A stretch of 64,000 nt of DNA from Centroscyllium fabricii (GCA_051313645.2 JBNRSN020000004.1:204662001-204726000), one strand, 5' to 3'. Positions 15,001 through 26,949 are shown, counted from the first letter of the stretch. The notes: generated from the letters alone by a model not told the origin. Translations and numbers: made by a program.

Positions 15001-16084
15001 GTGGCAATGCAGAAAGCACTCTGTAAACAGCAGCAGTGCATGGTGGCAATGCAGAAAGCACTGTCTAAACAGCAGTGCATGGTGGCAATGCAGAAAGCAC
15101 TCTGTAAACAGCAGTGGTGCATGGTGGCAATGCAGAACACACTCTGTAAACAGCAGCAGTGCATGGTGGCAATGCAGAAAGCACTCTGTAAACAGCAGCC
15201 GTGCATGGTGACAACGCAGAAAGCAATCTGAAACAGAAGCAGTGCATGGTGGCAATGCAGAAAGCACTCTGTAAACAGCAGTGCATGGTGGCAATGAAGA
15301 AAGCACTCAGTAAACAGCAGCAGTGCATGGTGGCAATGCAGAAAGCACTCTGTAAACAGCAGTGCATGGTGGCAATGCAGAAAACACTCTGTAAATGGCA
15401 GCATTGCATGGTGGCAATGCAGAAAGCACTCTGTAAACAGCAGTGCATGGTGGCAATGCAGAAAGCACTCTGTAAATGGCAGTGGTGCATGGTGGCAATG
15501 CAGAAAGCACTCTGTAAACAGCAGTGCATGGTGGCAATGCAGAAAGCACTCTGTAAATGGCAGCGGTGCATGGTGGCAATGCAGAAAGCACTCTGTAAAC
15601 GGCAGCAGTGCATGGTGGCAATGCAGAAAGCACTCTATAAACGGCAGCAGTGCATGGTGGCAATGCAGAAAGCACTCTGTAAACAGCAGCAGTGCATGTT
15701 GGCAATGCAGAAAGCACTCTGTAAATGGTAGCTGTGCATGGTGACAATGCAGAAAGCACTCTGTAAACAGCAGTGTATGGTGGCAATGCAGAAAGCACTC
15801 TGTAAACAGCAGTGTATGGTGGCAATGCAGAACGCACTCTGTAAACGGCCGTGCATGGTGGGAATGCAGAAAGCACTCTGTAAACGGCAGCAGTGTATGG
15901 TGGCCATGCAGAAAGCACTCTGTAAACAGCCGTGCATGGTGGCAATGCAGAATGCACTCTGTAAACAGCCGTGCATGGTGGGAATGCAGAAAGCACTCTG
16001 TAAACAGCAGCGGTGCATGGTGGCAATGCAGAAAGCGCTCTGTAAACAGCAGCGGTGCATGGTGGCAATGCAGAAAGCACTCTG
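1..16084. repeat. Minisatellite array, 39/42-bp unit TCTGTAAACAGCAG(CAG)TGCATGGTGGCAATGCAGAAAGCAC, with higher-order repeats; runs off the left edge
   Basis: Head-to-tail units are read directly; the two lengths differ by one CAG. Rare variants recur 4451 bp apart (gcattctatgaacggcag at ~1670 and ~6121) and ~2.5 kb apart (ORF track 11047/13572, 12634/15201). Confidence 0.98.
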
Positions 16085-17085
16085 TGTAACGGAGGGGTGT
16101 GGGGCCCAAATGCAAAGACACTGATAAAACTGTCTAGGACTTAAATTCCTTTATATACCAAAACTGTAATAAAAACATACATGCATACATTCAAAAAGTT
16201 ACAAAAACATAATTAAATGGCATACAAATAGATTAGAAACAGAAAACAAGTTCTCTTCCGAACTGGTACAAGACTTCCCTTGGTGCATGGAATGGTACGC
16301 AGCCAAGCGCATCATAGTGTTGTGAATTACATGTCCAACCCTGACTTCAGGAGGTAGAGAGAAAATGTCCAGGCTGTTGAATTAGGAATACTCCCGAGTC
16401 CGCCATACAGCCGGGACTCACTCCAACGGAGTCTTCAGAGGAAGAATCCATCTTCACAAACAAGGAAACTCCCCACATACACAACTGAAACGTCCAAACC
16501 TCAGTTCGGGTGATAACGACCAATGTCCAGGAAGTAGAACCAGGATCTCTTCAAAGTCCGCTCCACCGCGGGGACTTAACCCAACGGAGTTCACAGAAAC
16601 GAGAATACCTGATCTACTTAGCAGGGGAACGCCCTTACTTAACTAATGGAATGTCCAAACCTGAGCTTCAGGTGGCAGAACGCAATGTCCAGAATGTAGG
16701 CAACCGTTGTTCTCCGAAGTCCGCTCCACAGCTAAGACTTACTCTACCCAAGTTTCCAGAAGAGAATAACATCATCTACAAGGCAGGGGAACGCCCAAAC
16801 CCATTGCCTCTCCAGCAGCTCAGACAGCAACCACTCCTTCCAGTAGTTTGTAGTAATGAGTAGTAAGTAGAGTCTAATGATCCGGCCCCTGCCTGGTCAA
16901 AGCACCCAGATAATAAACCGAACAGGCAAACCAGATTCATTAGTGCTAGCCAATGGTGATGCAGGTATTGAGAACCAGGAACACACAGGTATGTGAAACA
17001 GTTAATTGAGATAACATGAACAAAAACAGAGAAACAAAAGATAAATTCAAAATGGATTCCTTAAAGGGGAATGCCATCTGTGACA
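16085..17085 (-). mobile_element. Solo LTR (1001 bp) inserted into the minisatellite
   Basis: TGTAAC...GTGACA termini (imperfect inverted repeat) and a perfect 5-bp TSD CTCTG at 16080-16084 and 17086-17090. Minus orientation is inferred from a TATAAA-like signal ~65 nt before the end and a ...tgcatttgggcc...cgttaca tail. Confidence 0.88.
16332..16796 (-). repeat. Three diverged ~160-nt tandem repeats with a conserved predicted RNA structure, inside the solo LTR
   Basis: Copies start at ~16332, 16491 and 16652 and share gtccaa..cc, aatgtccag and RAGTCC-N12-RGACTY; stems keep their pairing despite substitutions. Confidence 0.8.
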
Positions 17086-19175
17086 CTCTGTAAACAGCAG
17101 CGCATGGTGGCAATGCAAAAAGCACTCTGTAAACAGCAGTGCATGGTGACAATGCAGAAAGCACTCTGTCAACAGCAGTGCATTGTGGCAATGCAGAAAG
17201 CACTCTGTAAACAGCAGCAGTGCATGGTGGCAATGCAGAACGCACTCTGTAAACAGCCGTGCATGGTGGGAATGCAGAACGCACTCTGTAAACAGCAGCC
17301 GTGCATGGTGGCAATGCAGAAAGCACTCTGTAAACAGCAGTGGTGCATGGTGGCAATGCAGAAAGCACTCTGTAAACAGCAGTGCATGGTGACAATGCAG
17401 AAAGCACTCTGTAAACAGCAGCAGTGCATGGTGGCAATGCAGAAAGCACTCTGTAAACAGCAGTGCATGGTGGCAATGCAGAAAGCACTCTGTAAACAGC
17501 AGCGGTGCATGGTGGCAATGCAGAAAGCACACTGTAAACAGCAATGCATGGTGGCAATGCAGAAAGCACACTGTAAACAGCAGCGGTGCATGGTGGCAAT
17601 GCAGAAAGCACTCTCTATACAGCAGCAGTGCATGGTGGCAATGCAGAAAGCACTCTGTAAACAGCAGTGCATTGTGGCAATGCAGAAAGCACTCTGTAGA
17701 CAGCAGTGTATGGTGGCAATGCAGAAAGCACTCTGTAAACAGCAGTGCATGGTGGCAATGCAGAAAGCACTGTGTAAACAGCAGCAGTGCATGGTGGCAA
17801 TGCAGAAAGCATGCTGTAAACAGCAGCAGTGCATGGTGGCAATGCAGAAAGCACGCTCTAAACAACAGCAGTGCATGGTGGCAATGCAGAAAGCACTCTG
17901 TAAACAGCAGCGGTGCATGGTGGCAATGCAGAAAGCACTCTGTAAACAGCAGCGGTGCATGGTGGCAATGCAGAATGCACTCTGTAAACAGCAGCGGTGC
18001 ATGGTGGCAATGCAGAAAGCACTCTGTAAACAGCCGTGCATGGTGGCAATGCAGAACGCACTCTGTAACCAGCCGTGCATGGTCGCAATGCAGAAAGCAC
18101 TCTGTAAACAGCAGCGGTGCATGGTGGCAATGATGAAAGCACTCTGTAAACAGCAGCGGTGCATGGTGGCAATGCAGAAAGCACTCTGCAAACAGCAGTG
18201 CATGGTGACATTGCAGAAAGCACTCTGTAAACAGCAGTGTATGGTGGCAATGCAGAAAGCACTCTGTAAACAGCAGTGTATGGTGGCAATGCAGAAAGCA
18301 CTCTGTAAACAGCAGCGGTGCATGGTGGCAATGCAGAAAGCACTCTGTAAACAGCAGCAGTGCATGGTGGCAATGCAGAACGCACTCTGTAAACAGCAGT
18401 GCATGGTGGCAATGCAGAAAGCACGCTGTAAACAGCAGCAGTGCATGGTGGCAATGCAGAAAGCACTCTAAACAGCAGCAGTGCATGGTGGCAATGCAGA
18501 AAACGCTCTGTAAACAGCAGTGCATGGTGGCAATGCAGAAAGCACTCTCTAAACAGCAGCAGTGCATGGTGGCAATGTAGAAAGCACTCTGTAAACAGCA
18601 GTGCATGGTGGCAATGCAGAAAGCACTATGTAAACAGCAGTGCATGGTAGCAATGCAGAAAGCATGCTGTAAACAGCAGCAGTGCATGGTGGCAATGCAG
18701 AAAGCACTCTAAACAGCAGCAGTGCATGGTGGCAATGCAGAAAGCACTCTGTAAACAGCAGTGCATGGTGGCAATGCAGAAAGCACTCTCTAAACAGCAG
18801 CAGTGCATGGTGGCAATGTAGAAAGCACTCTGTAAACAGCAGTGCATGGTGGCAATGCAGAAAGCACTCTGTAAACAGCAGCGGTGCATGGTGGCAATGC
18901 AGAAAGCACTCTGTAAACAGCAGCAGTGCATGGTGGCAATGCAGAAAGCACTCTGTAAACGGTAGCAGTGCATGGTGGCAATGCAGAAAGCACTCTGTAA
19001 ACAGCAGTGGTGCATGGTGGCAATGCAGAAAGCACTCTGTAAACAGCAGCAGTGCATGGTGGCAATGCAGAAAGCACTCTGTAAACAGCAGCAGTGCATG
19101 GTGGCAATGTAGAAAGCACTCTGTAAACAGCAGTACATGGTGGCAATGCAGAAAGCACTCTGTAAACAGCAGCAA
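17086..19175. repeat. Continuation and right end of the 39/42-bp minisatellite
   Basis: The same unit resumes right after the TSD and decays at ~19175; an isolated partial unit lies at ~19212-19229. Confidence 0.97.
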
Positions 19176-19539
19176 TGAGCGAATGAGCCAAAGGTAGCCA
19201 GCTCCTCTTTGGTAAAACAGCAGCAGTGCCCGCATCAGCCTGCCTCCTGCCTCACAGCTATCCCCAGCCTCAGGCCCCAAGGACCACTCTCACAGTTTAA
19301 ACAAGGTGCTTCATTCCCTGCCCTGCTCCCTGGACATTGAGCCCAGGTAGAGTGGCTGTAAAAGGAAAGCGAGTATCCCTCCTTATATGCTCCATCCATC
19401 AATCCCTTTTTGTAAGAAACAAATAATAATTTGGATCAATTGTTTCCGTAACATTTAATTAGACTTGCTGAAAACTGTAAAATAAAGATGGAGAGAGCAA
19501 TAGATGTGACATTCATGTATGCTTTAAAATGCTTACACT

Positions 19540-19720
19540 GAAGGGCCTCAGAGGCAACAGCGAAGAGCAACAATGTTTGGTGTCAGAGGGAAGAGCTATG
19601 AGAAATGATTTGATTACCTCGGTCTCTTCAGTGTTGAAAAGAGATGTCTCAAAGAGCACCTTATAAAGGTATGCAAAACATTTCATGGGTAGAGAAATCA
19701 AATCTGAAACCTGGAGGGTA
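19540..19720 (+). mobile_element. Old CR1 LINE ORF2 3' fragment
   Basis: Translates LGLFSVEKRCLKEHLIKVCK, resembling the CR1 C-terminal motif LGLFSLEKRRLRGDLIEVYK. Confidence 0.55.
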
Positions 19721-22700
19721 AGCCAGCTACTGGAGGATGCAGCCACTAGCTCATGAAATTGTGAATATAAACAGGCAGAAACATTGATATTGAATTTATC
19801 TGATGAATCTAACATCTAATAGAATACTAAACAGTATCATGAAGAACAGATTGACAAGCTTATTCCAAGTCTGAATGTACACAGCAATCATATAACAGGT
19901 ACTTTCGCCATTTCCTTTAATATAGCAGATTTGCTTATCGTGCCAATTTTTTTTTCCAAATTTGATTTTAACCAAACTAAAACTGCTGCAGAAAATGCTA
20001 ATCACATTTACTCAGAACTTGCTAACGTTGATTTAATGTACTGCTTATTGACGTTTGTTTTACTTATTAAGGCAGTTTACTTCAATATGATGAGAGTAAA
20101 ATTCCTTTGTTTAAATGTTCGTGAAATCCAAGGATATATTTACAAGTGTTTTGGTTCACAATACAGGTAGTAAGCTAAAGCACTGCAGTTTAAACAATCT
20201 TGTTTACTCCTGGTGTCAAGTAGTGTAAATAGCCTTCTTGTTAAGACTTCTAATCTACTTAGTACACATTTTCATACAATGTACAAACAGATGAAACCAA
20301 ATCTGTTTTGAAGTGATCTCACGTAAGGTGTACTTTAGGATTACCATTTGAAGCCGAGCTCAGACAGATCAGCTACTCCAATCAGCTTGAAATTTGAGTT
20401 ACCCAGTGAACTTAATAGGCCCTTGGCATATCTGTGCCGGTTATCTGATTGAAAAAAGAAAATCAAAAGGTAAACTTCAGGGTTCATGGAATGGAAGACA
20501 AATGAGATGTCATAATTATCAAAGTGGCTAATTTAGAAAATTAAGCTGTTCACATAGGTGACATAATTACTTGTCACAATCACTCTCTTCTTCTCATTAG
20601 TGTTCTTCCTTTCTGGCACATAATAATATGAGGCTATAATACCTTTTTAGTCATTTCTATTTTTGACATAAACATTCTGAGTTTGCAATCAATTTGTAGT
20701 ATGGATTTGTTTTCTTTATTCCTTCCTGTGGTCTTAATTTAGTTTTTTTCTCCTATACATTTACCTACTTTTAAACAAAAATCTGATTGTTTTTATTTTG
20801 CACTTGTTATCTTATTCTTGCATCTTTTGTTCTCCCTTCTGATTTTTAATTGATTATCTGACAGATATTGTATTCCGTTAGTGTTCATTGTTTTCAATAT
20901 TTGAATATTGGTTTCAGAAATCATGTCATCTAAGAGATCTAGCAGCAGTGCTGACAATCATGTTTTTTTATGAGTCCTCACATATAGAGAATTATTAGGG
21001 ACAATTTCTGAGCAGGAAAATGAGTCTGGTTTGTAATGCATGTTTGCAAGACATGACATTGTAAATGGGCAAGGTTAAACATTTTGGATTAAAAACATGA
21101 CTGTGAGATTGATTAGGGACCTGCAGTCTTGTAAAGATGGAGGAAAAAGGCTGACATGACTTATAGTTTGCTGAATTCAGAGAGATTACACTGATGTCAT
21201 TCATTGGAAGAGATAGTTCATCCTGAATGCATACATTGTAACTGTAATTTGTAAATTTCAGGAAAATAAACATGTCTAACCAGTTGTATGTGCACTGAAC
21301 ACCGAGAGAAGCAGGGAATGGCTAGACTTCTCTGGATGGCTTGTATGTGACAAAACAATCACGTCACCAGCTACTTTCTGATGTTTTGTTCAATGTGCAG
21401 GTCATCCATAAATCCAAAAAAACATTGTAAGAGAGACAGTTTTATTCAATATTATTTATTACCTGTTTATAAACTGGCAATGGTGAAAAATGTGTCAGAT
21501 GTTGAAATCTCGCAACAAATAGGATTATAGTATATTTCATTTTGACCACATAAAGTATTGTATCAAATAACACAAGGAAACAACTCAAATTCTCTTTCAC
21601 CAGTTCTAAGAAAAAAATGGATCAAGTCTTAGAAATAGATATCAACATTAATATATACCACTGTCTCCCTTTTTCTGCATCACAACTAGCATTATTTCAT
21701 AATTAGACAAAAATAATGTTAAAACGATCAAGTTATTATCATCCATGTAATAATAATACTGGATTGATATGAATTGTTTCATCCTACTCATTTATAAACA
21801 TAACCCACATTCTGCCATTTTAAACAGATTGCAGTGCTTGTGTGTTTCCTACTGAGCTTTAGCAGAATAGCTGGTGTTGGTTTGTGCTCAAATTACAGGC
21901 TGACAATCAAATGGCTTCCAGTTAGTTTTTGGTGAATTAGATAGATCACAAAGAGTTAAATTGCAGACCAATTTGAGTCACAATTCAACAGCCATAGTTT
22001 GTAATGCGTGTCTCCTAGCAACTAGAAATCTGAGCTCCTTTTTATTGCATTTCATTGTGCTTCAGAAATTCTTGCTGTTGACTGCATCTTTAGTCATCTC
22101 ACTTTTGATGGGCCCCAACCAAACTAGTTTTACATCAATTTTAAATGGGTGATTTTTAACATGAAAGAATATTACTAAAATCCTGTAAAATGTTTTTTTT
22201 TTAATCTGGAGGATGTCACAATAATGCATTAATTGATACAATTTTTTTTAGATGTTGTTATTCTGACACCTTTAGTGTTCTGTAATGTCTGGACAGTGTT
22301 TAAAGCTTTTGGAGATTACATTAATACCTAGTTGAAGAAACACATGAAACAATGATAAACATGCATTTGTTTTTAATTTTTTTTAAATAATTTTTGAAGA
22401 GAAAGTTAGCTGCCCTTGATAGAGCGTCCCTGTGTTATTCAAATGCAGATTTCCAGCAACCTAAAAGTTAATGTTTGATGCACTTTGGGTTGTGCCAGAA
22501 AAATATATTTCAAATCTATTTTAATTCAAGGATTATATAGTTTAGGGAGAGAATATAGGCTTTGAAATCACACTGTTATATATCAGTGTCCGTACACTTA
22601 CTGAAAGAAAAAAAAAGAAAAATGTGTTCATATGAAATTCTTTTGTCTGCTCTTGTAATGGAGGCAATAATGTTAATATCCCACAGCATGGAGTCGATCC

Positions 22701-23003
22701 TCTGAAATTAATTTGATGATGTCATTATTGAGTAACAAGAGCAATTATCGAACTCTCAACTTTCCAACCCTAGTTTATTAAATTCTCCAAACTCACAGTC
22801 CTTGTGGGCATCATAGGTCAGAGATGGGCTACAACACTGTAGCACTGATTCTCTGAGCTGCACTCCCTTGAAGTGTGACTCACCACTTGGAGTATGGGAT
22901 TGGTCAATTTATCCTTACACATGGTGATATAAATATATATATATTTACATATATGCAGAGGCGCATCTGGCTGTTTTAGCTTTCTTACCATGTCCCAGTG
23001 ATA

Positions 23004-23407
23004 CATAGAAACATAGAAACTAGGAGCAGGAGTAGGCCATTCGGCCCTTCGAGCCTGCTCCGCCATTCAATGAGATCATGGCTGATCATCCAAACACAGT
23101 ACCCCGCCCCTGCCCTCTCCCCATATCACTCGATCCCTATCGAGCCTGCACCGACACATATCCCACCCTATCCCCGTAACCCCACATATTCAATCCCCCT
23201 AACACTAAGGGTCAATTTACCATGGCCAATCAACCTAACCCGCACATCTTTGGACTGTGGGAGGAAACCGGAGCACCCGGAGGAAACCCACGCAGACACG
23301 GGGAGAATGTGCAAACTCCACACAGATAGTACCCGAGACTGGATTTGAACCCGGGTCTCCAGTGCTGTGAGACAGCAGTGCTAACCACTGTGCCACCGTG
23401 CCGCCCT
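23004..23407 (-). mobile_element. HE1-like V-SINE, full length
   Basis: tRNA-derived head with A/B boxes (tggcacagtggttagc, ggttcaaatcc), V-domain (gtgtggagtttgcacattctccccgtgtctgcgtggg), CR1-derived tail ending (tttctatg)n, TSD AGTGATA at 22997-23003 and 23408-23414. Confidence 0.9.
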
Positions 23408-23695
23408 AGTGATAGTTTCAGTATTCACAAATAAACTTAAAATAGATCAATCCATGTTCTCATTTTTTTTTCAATTTTCATCCTTCCTCCACTGAAGACG
23501 CTGACTCACACTGAAGTACGATCTAGTGGAGGCCAACAGCCCTCCAGCACTAGGGTGGCCATCTTTCACGCTTGAGCACAGTCAGTGACTATCAGCGGGC
23601 TGAGCCAATTTGAAGGGCATTACAACTGAGCCCAATCTTAGCATCACCTGATGTTCCAGCAGTAATCACAGACTAGTGAGCAGCAGCAGCATGAG

Positions 23696-24070
23696 CCTAT
23701 ATGAACATGTGAACTATGAACATACAAACATATGAACATACAAACATATAAACATATGAATATACAAACATATGAAAATGACGGACCAGAAAAGATCCAC
23801 TGGTCCATCTCACCTGTCCCATATAATCGTGGTGCCTCATGCATCACGATCTGCACACTCTCACCTGCCCAGAGCCTATAATCTCCCGGGGGAGGTGAAA
23901 AATTCAGTCAAAAACCCAGGCCAATTAGGGAGGAAAAATCTGGAAAATTCCACAACAACCCCTTTAGGTGATCAAAACTAGTCCAGGAGATGACATAGAC
24001 CCTGATTTATTGTATCGGACATTTACCTCTTGTACAAGATGTTCACTACCTCAGCCAGAAACAGCTCCAG
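23696..24070 (-). mobile_element. CR1-type LINE 3' end with 8-bp microsatellite tail
   Basis: (atatgaac/atacaaac)n tail next to the gatggacc...tggtcc terminal stem typical of CR1 3' UTRs; right boundary is approximate. Confidence 0.55.
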
Positions 24071-24298
24071 CTACCTGTTGAGGAATCATTCAGATTTCTC
24101 CCTTCCTTAGCTCAGCAATACTGAGACCAGTTGCAGCACCACAACTGACACTCTAACTAACTCTTTTTCATATTAATGAAAACTCTATGGACGTATTAGG
24201 AAACTTGTCTGAGATTTCAATAAATCCACTGTAGCGCTGCCAGTAGGTCTGAGTATGAGGACAGCAAATGATTTGCTTGCTTTCATGATTTCTGTCTA

Positions 24299-24601
24299 CA
24301 GATTGAGCGTCCTGAATCCAGCAACCTCGGGACTGAGGCCAAGCCGGTTTCAGTGTTTTTCCGGACTTCGGAACGTGTTTCTGATGTCCAAAGTCCGGAA
24401 ATATCGCAACCTGGGTTCGGGCATTTCTGGACTTCAGACATCAGAAATACGTTCCGAGTCCGGAAATGCCTGGGCCGCTCCACGTAGCGCTGACGCGTTT
24501 CTCCGCCACTCCCCTTCTGCTTTGCTTTGGCCAGCCAGTAACCAGGCTCAAATCCTGGGAATGGGCTCATTTAATTATTCGGGCCAGGTGCCCTGCACCT
24601 G
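24299..24601. mobile_element. Tc1/mariner-pogo (Tigger-like) MITE with an internal ~100-bp palindrome
   Basis: TA|CAG...CTG|TA ends; left end resembles the MITE at 39853; near-perfect inverted repeat at 24361-24462. The right TIR is degenerate. Confidence 0.55.
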
Positions 24602-24659
24602 TAGTGACACGACTGAGATATCCATCCTGCAGCAGAGGTGGAAGTCACAGCAGCTCTCA

Positions 24660-25594
24660 TCAGAAGTGGGGATGTTCACTGATGACTGCACAGTGTTCAG
24701 TTCCATTCACAACTCCTCAGATAATGAAGCAGTCCATGCCCACATGCAACAGTGCCTGGATGACATATAGGCTTGAGCTGATAAGTGGCAGGTTACATTC
24801 GCACCACAGAAGTGCCAGGCAGTGAATATATCCAACAAGAGAGAGTCTAACCACCTCCCCTTGACATTCAACGGCATTACCATCGATGAATCCCTCACTA
24901 TCAACATCCTGGGGGTCACCATTAACCAGAAACTTAACTGGACCAGCCATATAATTAGGGTGACTACAACAGCAAGTCAGATGGGTCAGAGGCTAGGTAT
25001 TCTGCAGCGAGTGTCTCACCTCCTGACTGCACAAAGCCTTCCCACCATCTACAAGGCACACGTCAAGAGTGTGATGGATGACACTCAACACTTGCCTGGA
25101 TAAAAGCAGTTCCAACAAGACTCAAGAAGCTTGACACCCTAGGACAAAGCAGCCCGCTTGATTGGCACCCCATCCGCCACCTTAAACATTCACTCCCTCC
25201 ACCACCAGTGCACTGTGGCTGCAGTGTGCACCATCTACAAGATGCACTGCAGCAACTCGCCAAGACTTCTTTGGCAGCACCTCGCAAACCTGCGTCCTCT
25301 ACCACCTAGAAGGGCAAGGGCAGCAGGTGCATGAGAACACCATCACCTGCAAGTTCACCACCACTCCAAGTTACACACCATCCTGACTTGGAAATAGTTT
25401 GCCGATCCTTCATTGTTGCTGGGTCAAAATCTTGGAACTCCCTCCCTAACAGCACTATGGGAGTACCTTCAACACACAGATTGCAGCAGTTCATGAAAGT
25501 GGCTCAACACCACCTTCTAAAGGGCAATTAGAAATGGGCAATAAATGTTGGCCTTGCCAATGACGCCCACATCCTAGGAATGAATGAAAAAAAG
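24660..25594 (+). mobile_element. 5'-truncated CR1-group LINE (RT C-terminus plus 3' UTR), decayed
   Basis: SEVGMFTDDCTVF (degenerate FADD RT motif), ILGVTINQKLNW, TIYKAHV; ends in tgaatgaaaaaaa. Confidence 0.85.
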
Positions 25595-26579
25595 CCCTGC
25601 AGGTGGTGCCCAAAGATAAAAGTGCAAAAATAAATTTTCATTCACAACAGGAAACAAATGGGCAGCAGTCTTAAGTTAGTTGATCCCTTTGGAATTGGTT
25701 ATCTTTGTGTCCCCCAGTGTTGGGGCCTTTAGAAGGCCCAGCCTGGGAATGTCACCAGACACATTCTCAAAGCTGGCTGTGAATATAACAGGGACAGGCC
25801 TATGAAGTGCGGATACGAAGAAGGTGCCAGTGTGTGGACTCCTAATAACTCACCCAATGAGGTTTTGGAAGTAATGGTCTCTGGTGGGCGATCAAAGCTA
25901 TACCGTACAATCATGGATGTCACCAAGCTGGCCCCTACACCTAAAATACCATTCAATAACTTCCAATCCAAAAATTTACATTTTCTTTCCATCTTGAAGT
26001 GAATGATCTCAATAGTATATTAAATTGTTAACTCCAACACCATCTAAAACCAACACATGAAGAACTCGCTTGTGAATTATGAGTTATTTGGTCATTTTTA
26101 CTCTTCGGTTGCAAATGGTTCTGTATTCCATAGTTACCTACTGACTATCCTCTATCAGATTTTTAAATTTTGTTTGAAATAGACATAAACTGCTCTTTCT
26201 AATTCACGTCTGGAGTTAACCAAGTGAAATTGGGCTATCAGTTTAGGATGAAGAAATTCCCAAGTATCGATCAATCATATGATCACTTCATGACAATCTT
26301 TAAATGAGGGATAAATAGACCTCCCACCAAGATCCAATTTGACTGCAGCAGCACCAAAAAGAAACTAATTTAACACAGCCACTCTTTGTCGAAAGTTTAT
26401 TCCCTACTACCTGCTTTCATCATCAAAATCGTCAGACTCATCCTGCCTTCTGACCCATTCTCTCCCATCTATTCATTTTTTTCTCACAATATTATTAATG
26501 TCCCTTAGCATAGTCCCACTGAAAACTCGATGTTTTGCTGTTAAAGTGTGTGGTAGGAAATTATTTTCTCTTTTTATCG

Positions 26580-26858
26580 TCTGCTCTCTCAGATGGATGT
26601 AAAAGATCCCATGACACTATTTCGAAGAAGAGCAGGAGAGTTATCCCTTGGCCAATATTTATCCCTCAATCAACATAACAAAAACAGATTATCTGGTCAT
26701 TATCACATTATTGCTTGTGGGAGCTTGCTGTGCACAAATTGGCTGCTGCGTTTCCCACATTACAACAGTGACTCCACTTCAAAAGCACTTCATTGGCTGT
26801 AAAGCACTTTGAGACATCCGGTGGTCATAAAAGGAGCTATATGAATGCAAGTCTTTTT
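26580..26858 (+). mobile_element. Deu-domain SINE (SacSINE1-like), 3' half
   Basis: gtaaaagatcccatg..ctattt.gaagaagagcagg Deu-domain and ...gctatatgaatgcaagtcttt tail; same family as 37405-37873. Confidence 0.8.
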
Positions 26859-26949
26859 ACATGGTCCATACAAGATGCAATATTTGACAATGTTTCTTTG
26901 TTCTTTGCAATGGCAATAAAGATACAGATGTATGATTTTTTAGTGATGT

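Noticed and set aside
16391-16445. Canonical hammerhead ribozyme in LTR repeat copy 1
   Set aside because: CUGAAGA and UC are present but GAAA is replaced by UGA, and the other copies lack CUGANGA. Kept only as one hypothesis for the structured repeat.
1-19175. CRISPR-like regular repeats
   Set aside because: No unique spacers, no cas genes, and the context is eukaryotic.
1-19175. Minus-strand AGTGCTTTCTG resembles miR-427/430-family miRNAs, which occur in tandem clusters
   Set aside because: The seed would be GAGUGCU rather than AAGUGCU, and the unit is too short with only 5-7-bp stems, so no pre-miRNA hairpin is evident.
21-19197. Long Cys/Gln/Met-rich ORFs (up to 905 aa) in the minisatellite
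   Set aside because: Unit lengths of 39 and 42 bp keep several frames open on both strands automatically. 1-2-nt deletion units and TAG variants are copied along with the blocks, so there is no sign of coding constraint.
21121-21222. Possible 102-nt phase-0 minus-strand exon (DELSLPMND...TRLQ)
   Set aside because: Weak pyrimidine tract, poor donor (GTCCCT) and no recognisable peptide.
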